A DNA stretch of 62,079 bases, counting the filler, from Deltaproteobacteria bacterium (lineage in GTDB: Bacteria > JAEEML01): assembly GCA_016283195.1 (NCBI GenBank). It is 5 parts of 5 records of this genome, joined end to end, with 100 filler letters (N's around TTAATTAATTAA, not from the genome) between each part and the next. Parts side by side here need not be neighbours in the genome. Positions count along the whole stretch, not along the records: positions 1 to 22,940 come from JAEEML010000131.1; positions 23,041 to 39,591 come from JAEEML010000132.1; 3 more parts are not named here. One strand, 5' to 3'. A program made the position numbers and the translations under genes. The notes below the pieces were generated by a model, which was not told the origin of the DNA, searched no databases, and worked only from the letters and a program-made list of their open reading frames with translations. The first letter of the stretch is position 1. Each line of letters starts with the position of its first letter. Positions 18,485 through 27,867 of the stretch are shown here, piece after piece.

Positions 18485-19405
18485 CTATTTTCCCAGCCTC
18501 TCCAGCCGTTGGACTGCCTTCGTAAGCGCCAACATGGTCCAGCGCGTCGCGATGCGCTGGTACACATCATCATAAAGCACAAATGAATCCCTAAATTCAT
18601 CGTCACGGAATTCGGTAGAATATTTTCGCTGACATTTAAGACAAATACGGCAGGTGTATGGAGTCGATCTCCACTTGGATATAAAGCGTGACTCAGTGGT
18701 ATATATCAATGTTCTCCCACCACAATATTCGCAAGTTCCGTAAAGATTACTCAGTGTTAAAAGCTTACCGAGCGTAGCGCCGCTATAGCGTCCAAGCCAA
18801 ATAGGTTTATAGACATAGATATTTGAGAGCTCCTCACTGTTATATATACCGCGGCTATACTTTTTAATTAGCGGGTAATTCTCCACAAATAGCTTAAAGG
18901 GCAATTCGATGCGCTCTTTTAAAAGCGGTATCCTGGCCTTTTCGTCGGGCGTCAAATCAGGGACTTCTTCCGCACTAATATCCAGAATTTGTCTAATAAG
19001 CTGATCGGTATCAGGGGCCCAAAAGTCTCTTGGCTCAAAAAAACCATCAAAGCGGGAAAAGAATTTATTTCTGTTAAAACCTTTTGTCCCCTGTGCGAGG
19101 CGTATTTTCTCAGCTCTATTACCTATTTCTTTGCGCGAAAGACCGAGCTCACTAATCTTTTGCTTATAATACTCCTGGCGCAAGCGGGGCCATTTTTGGC
19201 GCAGCATAATAAACTCGGCCTCGGCCGCTTCGCCTTCCGGCAGCTCTCTGGCCATCTCGGCCGTGGGATATTCCAAATGTAGCGCTTCTCTTTTAAGTGG
19301 CGGCCTAGCGCTCTGGGAACTCGCTATCTCGGCAGTGCCTTCAACTTTTTTATCTGCTAAATTATTTGTGATTTCGCTAGCTTGCATTTGTATCTCCTTT
19401 AGCAT
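18485..19405 (-). CDS. Hypothetical protein with C-terminal zinc-ribbon-like CxxC...CxxC
   Basis: 306-aa ORF; CEYCGG and CLKC motifs; start uncertain. Confidence 0.65.
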   Translation of the reverse strand: MLKEIQMQASEITNNLADKKVEGTAEIASSQSARPPLKREALHLEYPTAEMARELPEGEAAEAEFIMLRQKWPRLRQEYYKQKISELGLSRKEIGNRAEKIRLAQGTKGFNRNKFFSRFDGFFEPRDFWAPDTDQLIRQILDISAEEVPDLTPDEKARIPLLKERIELPFKLFVENYPLIKKYSRGIYNSEELSNIYVYKPIWLGRYSGATLGKLLTLSNLYGTCEYCGGRTLIYTTESRFISKWRSTPYTCRICLKCQRKYSTEFRDDEFRDSFVLYDDVYQRIATRWTMLALTKAVQRLERLGK

Positions 19406-19817
19406 TTTATATACCGCAGCAAGTAGAGCTATAAATTCGCGGTATGATCACCATCTTTTGGTCTAGCCTCTCCAAAAGATAGTATTACTATACCACAGTT
19501 CGGTTCAAAAGGCAAGTATAAAATCGGTCGGCGTGCGCTGACATCTCCCATGGGGCGCGAGGTAGAGAAAAATAGCTCTGGGGGCTTAGGCGGGGCGGTC
19601 GTCCCGGCAGCACGCTGCCATCACCAACTTTCCTCTGGCCTCTTAAGGGAGGTATTCTTAAAAACCAGCGGCAGGAGGCACGAGGGAAGAAATAGGGTGC
19701 TGGAATATGAGAATTGTACTGTTTTATCCAGTGGCTGATTATTTGCTTTATCGTGGTAATCGTGAATCTTTCCATTGCAAAAAACTAAGTTTTCAACCTC
19801 ACTGGAACTACATCAAA

Positions 19818-21647
19818 TTAATTTAAGCCCCAACCTTCATAAAGAATTTTTAGCCGATTTTCTTGCAGTTGTTGGCATTCTTTAGCAGTATAATTTTCAA
19901 AAGCAAAACTAGCGCGGGTAATAATATAGCTGGAGAAACTCTTAGTTCTTGATGTATTTTCCTTTTTAACATGATAAGCGTGATTGCGGTTTGATGTATT
20001 TTTCCCACTAGAAATCAAGCATAAATTTCCAATTCTATGTAACCAGTATTTTCTTTCATCTTCCGTCCATTTTTTCTGCCAATATGAGTCAGAATCATTT
20101 TGAGGTAAAACGTGTTCTATAGTGATTTTTTTCCCGCTATTCATATCTGAATAGGCACTTTCATTCCGATCACTACACCATTGGTTGAGATGGAGCAGAA
20201 TATACTTTGTAAAAACCGCGCCCAATGAATCATATATTGGCCCATCAAGCATCTCTCTAAAATTCTTTTTCTCATCATCTGTTAGCTTTAAAGACAAGAG
20301 ATTTTCTGAAGTAGGCGGAGTTTCCTTAAGAGCCTTAATTTCTTTAATGATTTTGAAATAACGACTCAAACGGTGTGAGCGCCCTACCTTTTTTAACCTA
20401 AAATAGGTTGCTAATGCTTCCATTCTTTGCAACAAAGAAGAAAACTGTTCTCGGAGTTCTTTGCAGTTGGGATCTGCTAAACGAGCATTATCAAAACTAC
20501 GCTTAAGACACATGGTAACTGGTACCCAATCAGAATTCTCATGGGTATTTAAAAATGCAATCATACGGTAAATATCTTTTGCACAGGTTTCTTCAAATAC
20601 TTTAATTTTATTTTTTTTATCATCGTCATTCTCTGCAAAAATATCTTTTACGTAATCATCAATATTTTTAACAAACATAAAATGAGGAACTGTTTGAATC
20701 AGTTTTTGTAAAAAGGTGTAATAATCCTTCTCACCATTTTTATCATTCGGAATCAATTCTATATAATCATTGATAAGAGCTACCGAAGACTTTTTCTCCA
20801 TCTGTTCCATACGATACTGAATTAACATATCATTAAAAACTTCAGAATTTTCCAATTGGCTTTCCATATTCTGCCATTGTTGCACAGCATAATCCTTGTC
20901 ACTCTGCAGTTCACCAATTACGCGAGCTTTTATAATATCGACATCCTGCAAAGCCATTCCACGTGCATTCAAAGTCGAGAAAATACCAATAGCTATCTGA
21001 ACATTTGTTGTTTCTACTCGAACAATTGCACAATAGTCTAATATATGCCAAGCAAAAGCATCTAGTTTTTCACAATCATTTTTAAAACTATCAGCTAAAC
21101 ATTCTTCAAGTAACCATTTTATATTATCACGCATATGCGCTGATGCTGGTGAACCTGGGGATTGGTTTTTAATAGTGTCTTCGATCATATTAGGTGTTTG
21201 AAGATTCTGCAAATAACAATTGTCCAATTTATTAGTATTTATAACAATCCGGCGCGAAGCTTTTCTGTGCCACTCTTCTTCATTCTCAATGCTTGGGTTT
21301 CTAATTTTTGATATTCTATTTGCATCATAATTACATTTTTCTAGTTGAAGAAGAATGGCCGTCAGAAGCAACTGCAGAGATATAATACGTTGTTGTCCAT
21401 CTATAACTTCATAATATTTTTGTGTTTTTTTTGACTTCTTTTCTTGTTCAGCCAGAACAATGCATCCAAGAAAATATTCATCCTCCTTTCTGCTGATAAA
21501 ATGATCGTATATATCATCAAATAGCTGACCTACCTTTTCAGTATCCCACACATAAGGACGCTGATAGTAGGGTATTTCATAGACATTCTCTTCTTCAAAC
21601 AATTCACGAATCGAATTAACGGCAGCTTTAAAATTCTCTTCAGCCAT
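19818..21647 (-). CDS. DUF262-DUF1524 protein (GmrSD/SspE-like NTPase-HNH nuclease)
   Basis: IPYYQRPYVW, VIDGQQR, FSTLNARG, then TIEHVLPQ and IGNLCLI HNH-type motifs; GAGGAGG RBS; visibly AT-rich. Confidence 0.9.
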   Translation of the reverse strand: MAEENFKAAVNSIRELFEEENVYEIPYYQRPYVWDTEKVGQLFDDIYDHFISRKEDEYFLGCIVLAEQEKKSKKTQKYYEVIDGQQRIISLQLLLTAILLQLEKCNYDANRISKIRNPSIENEEEWHRKASRRIVINTNKLDNCYLQNLQTPNMIEDTIKNQSPGSPASAHMRDNIKWLLEECLADSFKNDCEKLDAFAWHILDYCAIVRVETTNVQIAIGIFSTLNARGMALQDVDIIKARVIGELQSDKDYAVQQWQNMESQLENSEVFNDMLIQYRMEQMEKKSSVALINDYIELIPNDKNGEKDYYTFLQKLIQTVPHFMFVKNIDDYVKDIFAENDDDKKNKIKVFEETCAKDIYRMIAFLNTHENSDWVPVTMCLKRSFDNARLADPNCKELREQFSSLLQRMEALATYFRLKKVGRSHRLSRYFKIIKEIKALKETPPTSENLLSLKLTDDEKKNFREMLDGPIYDSLGAVFTKYILLHLNQWCSDRNESAYSDMNSGKKITIEHVLPQNDSDSYWQKKWTEDERKYWLHRIGNLCLISSGKNTSNRNHAYHVKKENTSRTKSFSSYIITRASFAFENYTAKECQQLQENRLKILYEGWGLN

Positions 21648-21741
21648 TTCTAACCTCCTCATGGAAATGTCAAGTTTAAATTATTGCATGTAAACAGCAC
21701 AGCATACAATAATTCACACACATATACCAAGTTTATGCATT

Positions 21742-22514
21742 AAGCAACACATAAATATCGGTGCCGAAATTAAGGGGCTGCATAGAAAAGATGTCCCGGA
21801 AATCCCGCCAGAGGTAATTCGTGAACTTATTGTAAACGCCGTAATGCACAGGAACTATCTGGCGCATTCCAACATCCAGGTTTGCATTTTTGATGACCGT
21901 ATTGAAATAACCAATCCAGGTGGTTTATATGGCGGCCTGACAATGGAAAAAATGCTCTCCGGAATTTCCAGTATTAGAAATGAATTAATTGCCGATATCT
22001 TTCTAAAAATGGGCATTGTGGAAAAATGGGGAACGGGAATAAAACGAGTCAGAGAACTTTGCCAAGAAAGCGGCTTAAGCGATGTTGAATATTCTGCGGA
22101 TGAAGATTTCTTTACCGCAGTGGTTCATAGGCCCAAAAAGTTCCCCAAAGTTCCCCAAAGTTCCCCAAAGTTCTCCAAAAGTTCACCCAAAGTTCCCCGA
22201 AGTTCCCCAAAAGTTCACCCAAAGTTCCCCGAAGTTCCCCAAAAGTTCACCCAAAGTTCCCCGAAGTTTCCCAAAAGTTCACCCAAAGTTTCCCGAAAAA
22301 GATACCAGAAAATGCGCTACTAACATTAGAAGAGCTAAAGAAAAATCCCAAGGCATCTTCGACGGAGATTTCCGCAGTTATTGGTATAACCTCAAGAGCG
22401 GTAAAGAAGCATTTCGCAATTTTAAAAGAACATGGACTAATCGAATATGTTGGAGGCAGTAGAGGCGGACATTGGATTATAAAAGATGAGCCTGCTGAAC
22501 CTTACCATTCCTAA
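21742..22514 (+). pseudogene. 5'-truncated, frameshifted ATP-binding/HATPase_c_4 protein with C-terminal winged HTH
   Basis: IRELIVNAVMHRNY, FDDRIEITNPGGL, EKWGTGI; the wHTH (ISAVIGITSRAVKKHFAILKEHGLIEYVGGSRGGHW) lies in another frame at 22302-22514. Confidence 0.75.
22138..22295 (+). repeat. Tandem minisatellite: 15 AAGTT-initiated units of 10/11 bp including four 32-bp super-repeats
   Basis: AAGTTCCCCA-type units; super-repeats start at 22168, 22200, 22232 and 22264. Confidence 0.92.
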
Positions 22515-22540
22515 GTAGCCTTTCTAAAGGCGCACCTTGC

Positions 22541-22593
22541 CATTTGTAAAATTAAAGATGGGCAAGATGCCAATAAATTCCAATACTTGTCAG
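22541..22593 (-). repeat. Dispersed hairpin repeat, degenerate copy 5
   Basis: Reverse complement CTGACAAGTATTGGAATTTATTGGCATCTTGCCCATCTTTAATTTTACAAATG matches copies 2 and 4. Confidence 0.75.
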
Positions 22594-22612
22594 TGTTGGT
22601 ACCTCCGTTTGA

Positions 22613-22697
22613 TTGAAATAATGCATGATTTTGACGGATCCTATGTTGAAATAATGCGCAATTTTGGCTAACTGCATGTTGAAATAATGCGTAATTT
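22613..22697. repeat. Three direct repeats TTGAAATAATGC with exact 33-bp period
   Basis: Cores begin at 22613, 22646 and 22679; minus-strand GGAGGT at 22601-22606 follows them. Confidence 0.9.
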
Positions 22698-22763
22698 CGG
22701 CAAATCGCCGCTGGGCGCTCACCTTATGGCGCTAGGCTGCCCATAGTGCTCTCAAATTTTCTA

Positions 22764-22815
22764 TTGACACGGTGTCAGCGAGCTGTTAAATATAACCTTG
22801 CTGACACGGTGTCAG
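22764..22815. promoter_or_regulatory. Two identical palindromic operators TGACAC-G-GTGTCA upstream of the TetR gene
   Basis: Palindromes at 22765-22777 and 22802-22814; the first overlaps a TTGACA -35 hexamer. Confidence 0.8.
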
Positions 22816-22834
22816 TAAGCAAACGGAGCTCTTT

Positions 22835-22940
22835 ATGAATTCAGTAAGTGAACTCACCATGGCCCGCAAAAACGAAATTATCGCCGCTTGCCGGCAGCTC
22901 TATCAGACTAAATCCTTCCGGGAAATCACTATTAAGGATA
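22835..22940 (+). CDS. TetR/AcrR-family regulator, N-terminal fragment cut by the gap
   Basis: MNSVSELTMARKNEIIAACRQLYQTKSFREITIKD matches a TetR N-terminal helix pattern; GGAG RBS. Confidence 0.75.
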
Positions 22941-23040
22941 NNNNNNNNNNNNNNNNNNNNNNNNNNNNNNNNNNNNNNNNNNNNTTAATTAATTAANNNN
23001 NNNNNNNNNNNNNNNNNNNNNNNNNNNNNNNNNNNNNNNN
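22941..23040. other. Artificial contig linker
   Basis: N-run/TTAATTAATTAA/N-run with stops in six frames. Confidence 0.98.
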
Positions 23041-24048
23041 AAAGCGCAAATCGGTACGGGATTTTTAGGCATTTTGCCATATTTCCACGCCTTTGCCATG
23101 TCCACTTCTTTTAATTTGCCGTTTCTTCTTGGCGCCTGGGTATTGCTCTTTCCCAAGCCGCCCAAGCCGGAAGAGCTTTGCAAACAAATAGTAGCCAAAT
23201 CACCTAAATCAACCACAGAAATGATTTATTGCGGCGTTGAGGTGCTCTTTCAGCGCTTGGCCGATTTCCCCGATGTGGAAAAGTATCACCTTGGCGGCAA
23301 ATTGGGGCTCTGTGTCTCCGGTGCCGGCCCGCTCCACAGCTATGTGCGCGAGGCTTTTGAAGCTAAAGTGCCCGGTGCCCGCCTGGTAGAAGGCTATGGA
23401 CTCACCGAGGCCAGCCCGGTTGTCTGCGCCGGCCCGTTTTATGGCAAAAACAAGCCCGGCAGTATCGGCTTGCCATTTGTTGGCACCGATTGCAAAATAG
23501 TGGATATCGCCACTGGCGAGCAGGAATTGCCCCCCGGTCCGGATAATGTCGGCGAGCTTATTGTTCACGGCCCGCAGGTGATGAAGGGCTATTTGCGCCA
23601 AGATGATGAAGGGCGCGATCTCCGCGAAATTGATGGAAAAATTTGGCTTTATACCGGCGACCTCGGCTATATGGACGAAGAGGGTTCCATCTTCCTTTGC
23701 GATCGTAAAAAGCAGCTCATAAAACACAAGGGCTATAGTGTTTTTCCAAAAGAAGTAGAGACTTTGGTGGGGCAGCATCCGGCTATTAAAGAGGTGGCGG
23801 CAGCCGGTATTCCCGACAGAACCACTAACGAGCAAATAAAAGCCTGGGTGGTTTTAAAGCCGGAATTTGTTGGCAAAGTCACAGAGGAAGAAATTAAGGA
23901 TTGGTGCAAACAAAATATTACTCATTATAAAGTTCCGCGTTATATAGAGTTCCGCGATTCTCTGCCCTGTAATGCGGTGGGTAAAGTAATGCGCCGGGAA
24001 TTACAAGAAAATGATCCTTTATATATTGAATATTATAAACAAAAATAA
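23041..24048 (+). CDS. Long-chain fatty acid-CoA ligase, C-terminal part
   Basis: LPYFHAFA, EGYGLTEASP, GPQVMKGY, YTGDLG, GKVMRR; open at the contig edge. Confidence 0.9.
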   Translation, partial: KAQIGTGFLGILPYFHAFAMSTSFNLPFLLGAWVLLFPKPPKPEELCKQIVAKSPKSTTEMIYCGVEVLFQRLADFPDVEKYHLGGKLGLCVSGAGPLHSYVREAFEAKVPGARLVEGYGLTEASPVVCAGPFYGKNKPGSIGLPFVGTDCKIVDIATGEQELPPGPDNVGELIVHGPQVMKGYLRQDDEGRDLREIDGKIWLYTGDLGYMDEEGSIFLCDRKKQLIKHKGYSVFPKEVETLVGQHPAIKEVAAAGIPDRTTNEQIKAWVVLKPEFVGKVTEEEIKDWCKQNITHYKVPRYIEFRDSLPCNAVGKVMRRELQENDPLYIEYYKQK

Positions 24049-24060
24049 GGAGGTATCTTG

Positions 24061-24279
24061 ATGAAAAAGTCTTTTACGGTATTGCTGAGTGCGCTTATGC
24101 TTACGGCCACTTCTCTTACGGCTTGTAATAGTAAAAAGGCCGAGGCTCCGGCGGCTCCGGCGTCCCAGGTAGCAGCTCCGGCAGTGGCTCCTGCTCCGGC
24201 TCCGGCAGCTCAGGCTACCGATTCCGCCAGCGATAATGTTGCCCATTGTGCCGATGGCAGTGTTTGCCCAGTTGAATGA
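24061..24279 (+). CDS. Small Ala/Pro-rich lipoprotein
   Basis: AGGAGG RBS; LTAC lipobox; C-terminal CADGSVC. Confidence 0.75.
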   Translation: MKKSFTVLLSALMLTATSLTACNSKKAEAPAAPASQVAAPAVAPAPAPAAQATDSASDNVAHCADGSVCPVE

Positions 24280-24289
24280 GGAGATAAAT

Positions 24290-25102
24290 ATGAGTGATTT
24301 CAATATATTAGTTGCAGGTAAAAGTGGCGCCGGCAAGCAGCCGAGAATCGATGCTTTGATTGAGATGTATGGTCTTAGCCAGCTCTCTACCGGCAATATC
24401 TTTCGCTTTTATTTAAAATTATTAGATGGTATTAACGGCTTGCCCAGCCGTGAAGCTATTTGGGATAGTGCTGAAAATTGGTTTATAGAAGACGACAAAA
24501 TAGCCGCTATGATAGAGCCCTTGTTGGCCGGCCATGATGTGGCGGTTAATGACGCTGTTTTAGCTCTAAAAGTGCAATATTTTGTTTTGCAAGGCCTCTT
24601 TGTGCCCGACCAAATCACCAATGAGCTCTTTTATGCTGCTTTTGCCAAAAAAGGCTTTAAAGGCTGCGTACTTGACGGCTATCCGCGCACCGTGCAGCAG
24701 TGTGACTTTTTGCTGGATACAGTAAAAAAAGCCGGCACCGAAATAGCCTTTATTCTACTGGTGGATGCCGAGGATGATAATATTATAAAGCGCCTTACCG
24801 GCCGGCGTATTTGCAGCGATCCTAATTGTGCCAAAGTATATCACTTGCAATATAATCCGCCCAAAGACGGCCGTTTTTGCACTGTGTGCGGAGCTGAGGT
24901 TTTGCAACGCGGCGATGATACCGAAGAAAAAATAATCAAGCGCCTGCAGGAGTTTAGAGACAAAGCCAAACCGGCTGTCGATTATCTGGTGAGTAAAGGG
25001 CTAAAGCTGGCGGTGGTGCCGGGTAATTTGCCGAAATTTTCGCCGGAGGCTGTGCTGGAAAGTGTTAAAGAGGGCATAGCCGCTGCCGGAATTAAGGTTT
25101 GA
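24290..25102 (+). CDS. adk: Adenylate kinase family protein with insertion
   Basis: GKSGAGKQ P-loop, LSTGNIFR, LDGYPRT, Zn lid (RRICSDPNC...CTVC), RGDD. Confidence 0.8.
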   Translation: MSDFNILVAGKSGAGKQPRIDALIEMYGLSQLSTGNIFRFYLKLLDGINGLPSREAIWDSAENWFIEDDKIAAMIEPLLAGHDVAVNDAVLALKVQYFVLQGLFVPDQITNELFYAAFAKKGFKGCVLDGYPRTVQQCDFLLDTVKKAGTEIAFILLVDAEDDNIIKRLTGRRICSDPNCAKVYHLQYNPPKDGRFCTVCGAEVLQRGDDTEEKIIKRLQEFRDKAKPAVDYLVSKGLKLAVVPGNLPKFSPEAVLESVKEGIAAAGIKV

Positions 25103-25184
25103 TATATAATAAGGCTACCGATTTTTTGTAAAGCAACTAGCTGAAATTTATAGATAAAATAAATATAAGTAAGAATATATAAAA

Positions 25185-26696
25185 ATGAACAGCAACACCA
25201 TTTTAATCAATGCCATCAGTCAGGAACGCCGCGTAGCTTATTTGGAGAGCGGGACTCTGGCGGAATATTACAGCGAGCGTCAGGACGAGCATACGGTGGT
25301 GGGCAATATTTATAAGGGCAAAGTAGTGCGTGTATTGCCCGGTATGCAAGCGGCTTTTGTCGATATCGGCCTGGATAAGGCGGCCTTCCTTTACGCTGCC
25401 GATGCCATGAAACAAACCTCTGTGCGAGACGAAGAAGACGGCGGTCGTGAGAGCAATGACTTGCCGCTGGATATGCCCTCTATCGGTGAGCTGGTAAAAC
25501 CCGGCCAGGAACTTATTGTGCAAATTAAAAAAGCGCCAGTTGGTACCAAGGGCGCGCGCATTACCACGCATATAACTCTCCCGGGGCGTTTTTTGGTGCT
25601 CATGCCGGAAACCACCCATGTGGGGGTGAGCCGGCGCATTGCCGATGATGCCGAGCGCCAGCGGCTGAGAACGCTTTTGGAAGAAGTAAAAGGCGAGGAT
25701 CAAGTTGGCCTTATTGCCCGTACAGTGGCCGAAGGAGTTTCGCGGGAAAAGCTGAGTGCCGAAATTAAGATGCTTAAAACTATGTGGGAGAGTATCAGCC
25801 AAAAGGCCTTTTATGCTCCGGCGCCCAGCTGTATCCACGAAGATCTCGATTTGGTGCTTAGGGCAGTGCGCGATATTTTGGATGATAATGTAAATCAGGT
25901 AATTGTCGATAATCCCATTGAGTGTGAGCGCATTGAACACTTTGTGGAGATGATTGCCCCGGCCAAGCTCAAGGCTGTTAAATATTATAGTGAAATTATG
26001 CCGCTTTTTGACCGCTATGGCGTGGAAAACGAAATCGAACGGGCCATGGATCACAAGGTTTGGCTCAAAAGCGGCGGCTATATCGTTATCGATCCCACCG
26101 AAGCGCTCACGGTTATTGATGTCAATTCCGGCAAATTTGTGGGCCATAGCAGCCTGGAGCAGACAATTACCCAAATAAATGTTGAGGCGGCCAAAGAAAT
26201 AGCTTTGCAACTTAGGCTACGCAACATTGGCGGCATTGTGATTATCGATTTTATCGATATGGAAGAAGAGTATAACAAAGAGCGCGTTTTGGTGGTGCTG
26301 GAGGAGGCTTTAAAGCGCGACCGCTCGCGTAGTTATGTTGTCGGCATGACCGAACTTGGCCTCGTGCAACTTACCAGAAAGCGCTATCAGGAGCCTCTGG
26401 GCACGGCAGCCACCGAGCCTTGCCCGCACTGTTTGGGAACCGGCCGGGTAAAGACGATCACCACGATTGTGCACGAAGTTTTTCGTTCTGTGCAACGTTA
26501 TTTGCTTAGTGCCGATTGTTCGGCTATCTTGGTAAATGTGAATCCGGCGGTGGCCGATTACCTCTATGAACAAGAGGAGGAAGCCGTTGGAATATTGGAA
26601 GAAATGACAGGTACTGAAATAATTTTCGTGGCCCGCGAAGGTTACCACGAAGAGCGTTTTGATATTGTTGGCACACCAAAACGGAGCGAAGATTGA
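25185..26696 (+). CDS. rng: Ribonuclease G (Rne/Rng family)
   Basis: GNIYKGKVVRVLPGMQAAFVDIG, TEALTVIDVNSG, LRLRNIGGIVIIDFIDM, CPHCLGTG. Confidence 0.92.
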   Translation: MNSNTILINAISQERRVAYLESGTLAEYYSERQDEHTVVGNIYKGKVVRVLPGMQAAFVDIGLDKAAFLYAADAMKQTSVRDEEDGGRESNDLPLDMPSIGELVKPGQELIVQIKKAPVGTKGARITTHITLPGRFLVLMPETTHVGVSRRIADDAERQRLRTLLEEVKGEDQVGLIARTVAEGVSREKLSAEIKMLKTMWESISQKAFYAPAPSCIHEDLDLVLRAVRDILDDNVNQVIVDNPIECERIEHFVEMIAPAKLKAVKYYSEIMPLFDRYGVENEIERAMDHKVWLKSGGYIVIDPTEALTVIDVNSGKFVGHSSLEQTITQINVEAAKEIALQLRLRNIGGIVIIDFIDMEEEYNKERVLVVLEEALKRDRSRSYVVGMTELGLVQLTRKRYQEPLGTAATEPCPHCLGTGRVKTITTIVHEVFRSVQRYLLSADCSAILVNVNPAVADYLYEQEEEAVGILEEMTGTEIIFVAREGYHEERFDIVGTPKRSED

Positions 26697-27067
26697 TGAC
26701 GCAGGCAGGCGAAAATAAAAAAGGGATTGAGCGGCGCAGAGCCAAACGTTATGAAATTAATCACCAATTTCAAAGCGTTGATGAATTTTTGCGCGAATAT
26801 GCCATGAATGTTTCGGCCAGCGGTGTTTTTATTCGCACCGAAGAGCCGTTGCCTGTTGGTACTAAAGTAAAACTGCGTTTTACCGTGGTGCTGGATGATT
26901 TTGAGACCATAGAGGGCGTAGGGGTAGTAGCCCGCAGTGTACCTGTCGGCGGCCCGGAAGCGGCGGGCATTGGCGTTGTTTTTACATCGCTTACTCCGCA
27001 CAGCCGCGAGGTTTTAAGCCGCCTGTTTATTAAAAACGGGCAAGATGGGGCAGGGAAAAATGGCTAA
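26693..27067 (+). CDS. PilZ-domain protein (myxobacterial type)
   Basis: RRAKR and NVSASGVFIRT motifs; GIGVVF. Confidence 0.8.
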   Translation: MMTQAGENKKGIERRRAKRYEINHQFQSVDEFLREYAMNVSASGVFIRTEEPLPVGTKVKLRFTVVLDDFETIEGVGVVARSVPVGGPEAAGIGVVFTSLTPHSREVLSRLFIKNGQDGAGKNG

Positions 27068-27866
27068 ACCGCTGGCTGTTTGTGTTATCGGCGCCGCCGG
27101 GCGCATGGGTAAAACGCTTATTGGCGAAATTGCCCGCACGCCTGATAAATATATTTTAAGCGGGGCTTTGGAACATAGCGCTTCACCATTTTTAGGGCAG
27201 GATGCCGGCACAACGGCCGGGATAGAGCCTTTAAAAATTAAAATTGGCTCTAATCCCGAAGAAGCTCTTAAAGGCGCTGATATTGCTATAGATTTTAGCG
27301 CTCCAAGTGCTTTGAAGATAACCGCTGCCGCGCTTAAAGCTCAAAAATGCCCGCTGCTTTTAGCTACCACGGCTCTTTCCGCTGCCGATGAAGCGGCTTT
27401 AAAAGAGCTGTCACAAGAGACGGCCGTTTTGGCGGCGCCTAATTTTAGTCTCGGTATTTACGCTTTGCGGCGCGCCGTCAAAGAGGTGGCCAGGCTTTTG
27501 GCCGATAAAGGCTTTGAAGCCGAGCTTTTGGAGATACATCACAAACACAAAAAAGATGCTCCTTCCGGCACAGCCAAGCTGCTCATAAATGATTTAATTG
27601 AGAGCGGTATTGCCGGGGAAGCCGTTTATGACAGAGCCGGGAAGAGCGGAGCGCGTGAGGCTGATTCTCTGGGTGTTGCCGTGCTTAGAGGCGGCGATGT
27701 GGCCGGCGAGCACAAGGTTTACTTTTTGGGCGAGGGCGAGCGTTTAGAACTTGCTCACTTAGCTTCCGGAGCCCAGCTCTTTCCGCGCGGGGCTTTAAAA
27801 GTAGCTCTTTGGCTTATTCACCAAAAACCGGGCCGTTACACAATGGACGATTTTTTCGGAGCCTGA
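27060..27866 (+). CDS. dapB: 4-hydroxy-tetrahydrodipicolinate reductase
   Basis: GAAGRMG, EIHHKHKKDAPSGTA, LRGGDVAGEH. Confidence 0.93.
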   Translation: MAKPLAVCVIGAAGRMGKTLIGEIARTPDKYILSGALEHSASPFLGQDAGTTAGIEPLKIKIGSNPEEALKGADIAIDFSAPSALKITAAALKAQKCPLLLATTALSAADEAALKELSQETAVLAAPNFSLGIYALRRAVKEVARLLADKGFEAELLEIHHKHKKDAPSGTAKLLINDLIESGIAGEAVYDRAGKSGAREADSLGVAVLRGGDVAGEHKVYFLGEGERLELAHLASGAQLFPRGALKVALWLIHQKPGRYTMDDFFGA

Positions 27867-27867
27867 A

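Noticed and set aside
19440-19800. Possible structured ncRNA or riboswitch in the intergenic gap
   Set aside because: No recognisable family motif or convincing extended pairing by eye; would need an Rfam/Infernal scan.
22082-22462. 126-aa ORF across the minisatellite
   Set aside because: Open only because the repeat lacks stop codons; the meaningful domains are in the other two frames.
22985-22996. TTAATTAATTAA recurring four times, and ORFs containing X
   Set aside because: Synthetic six-frame-stop linker inside N runs; not biological.
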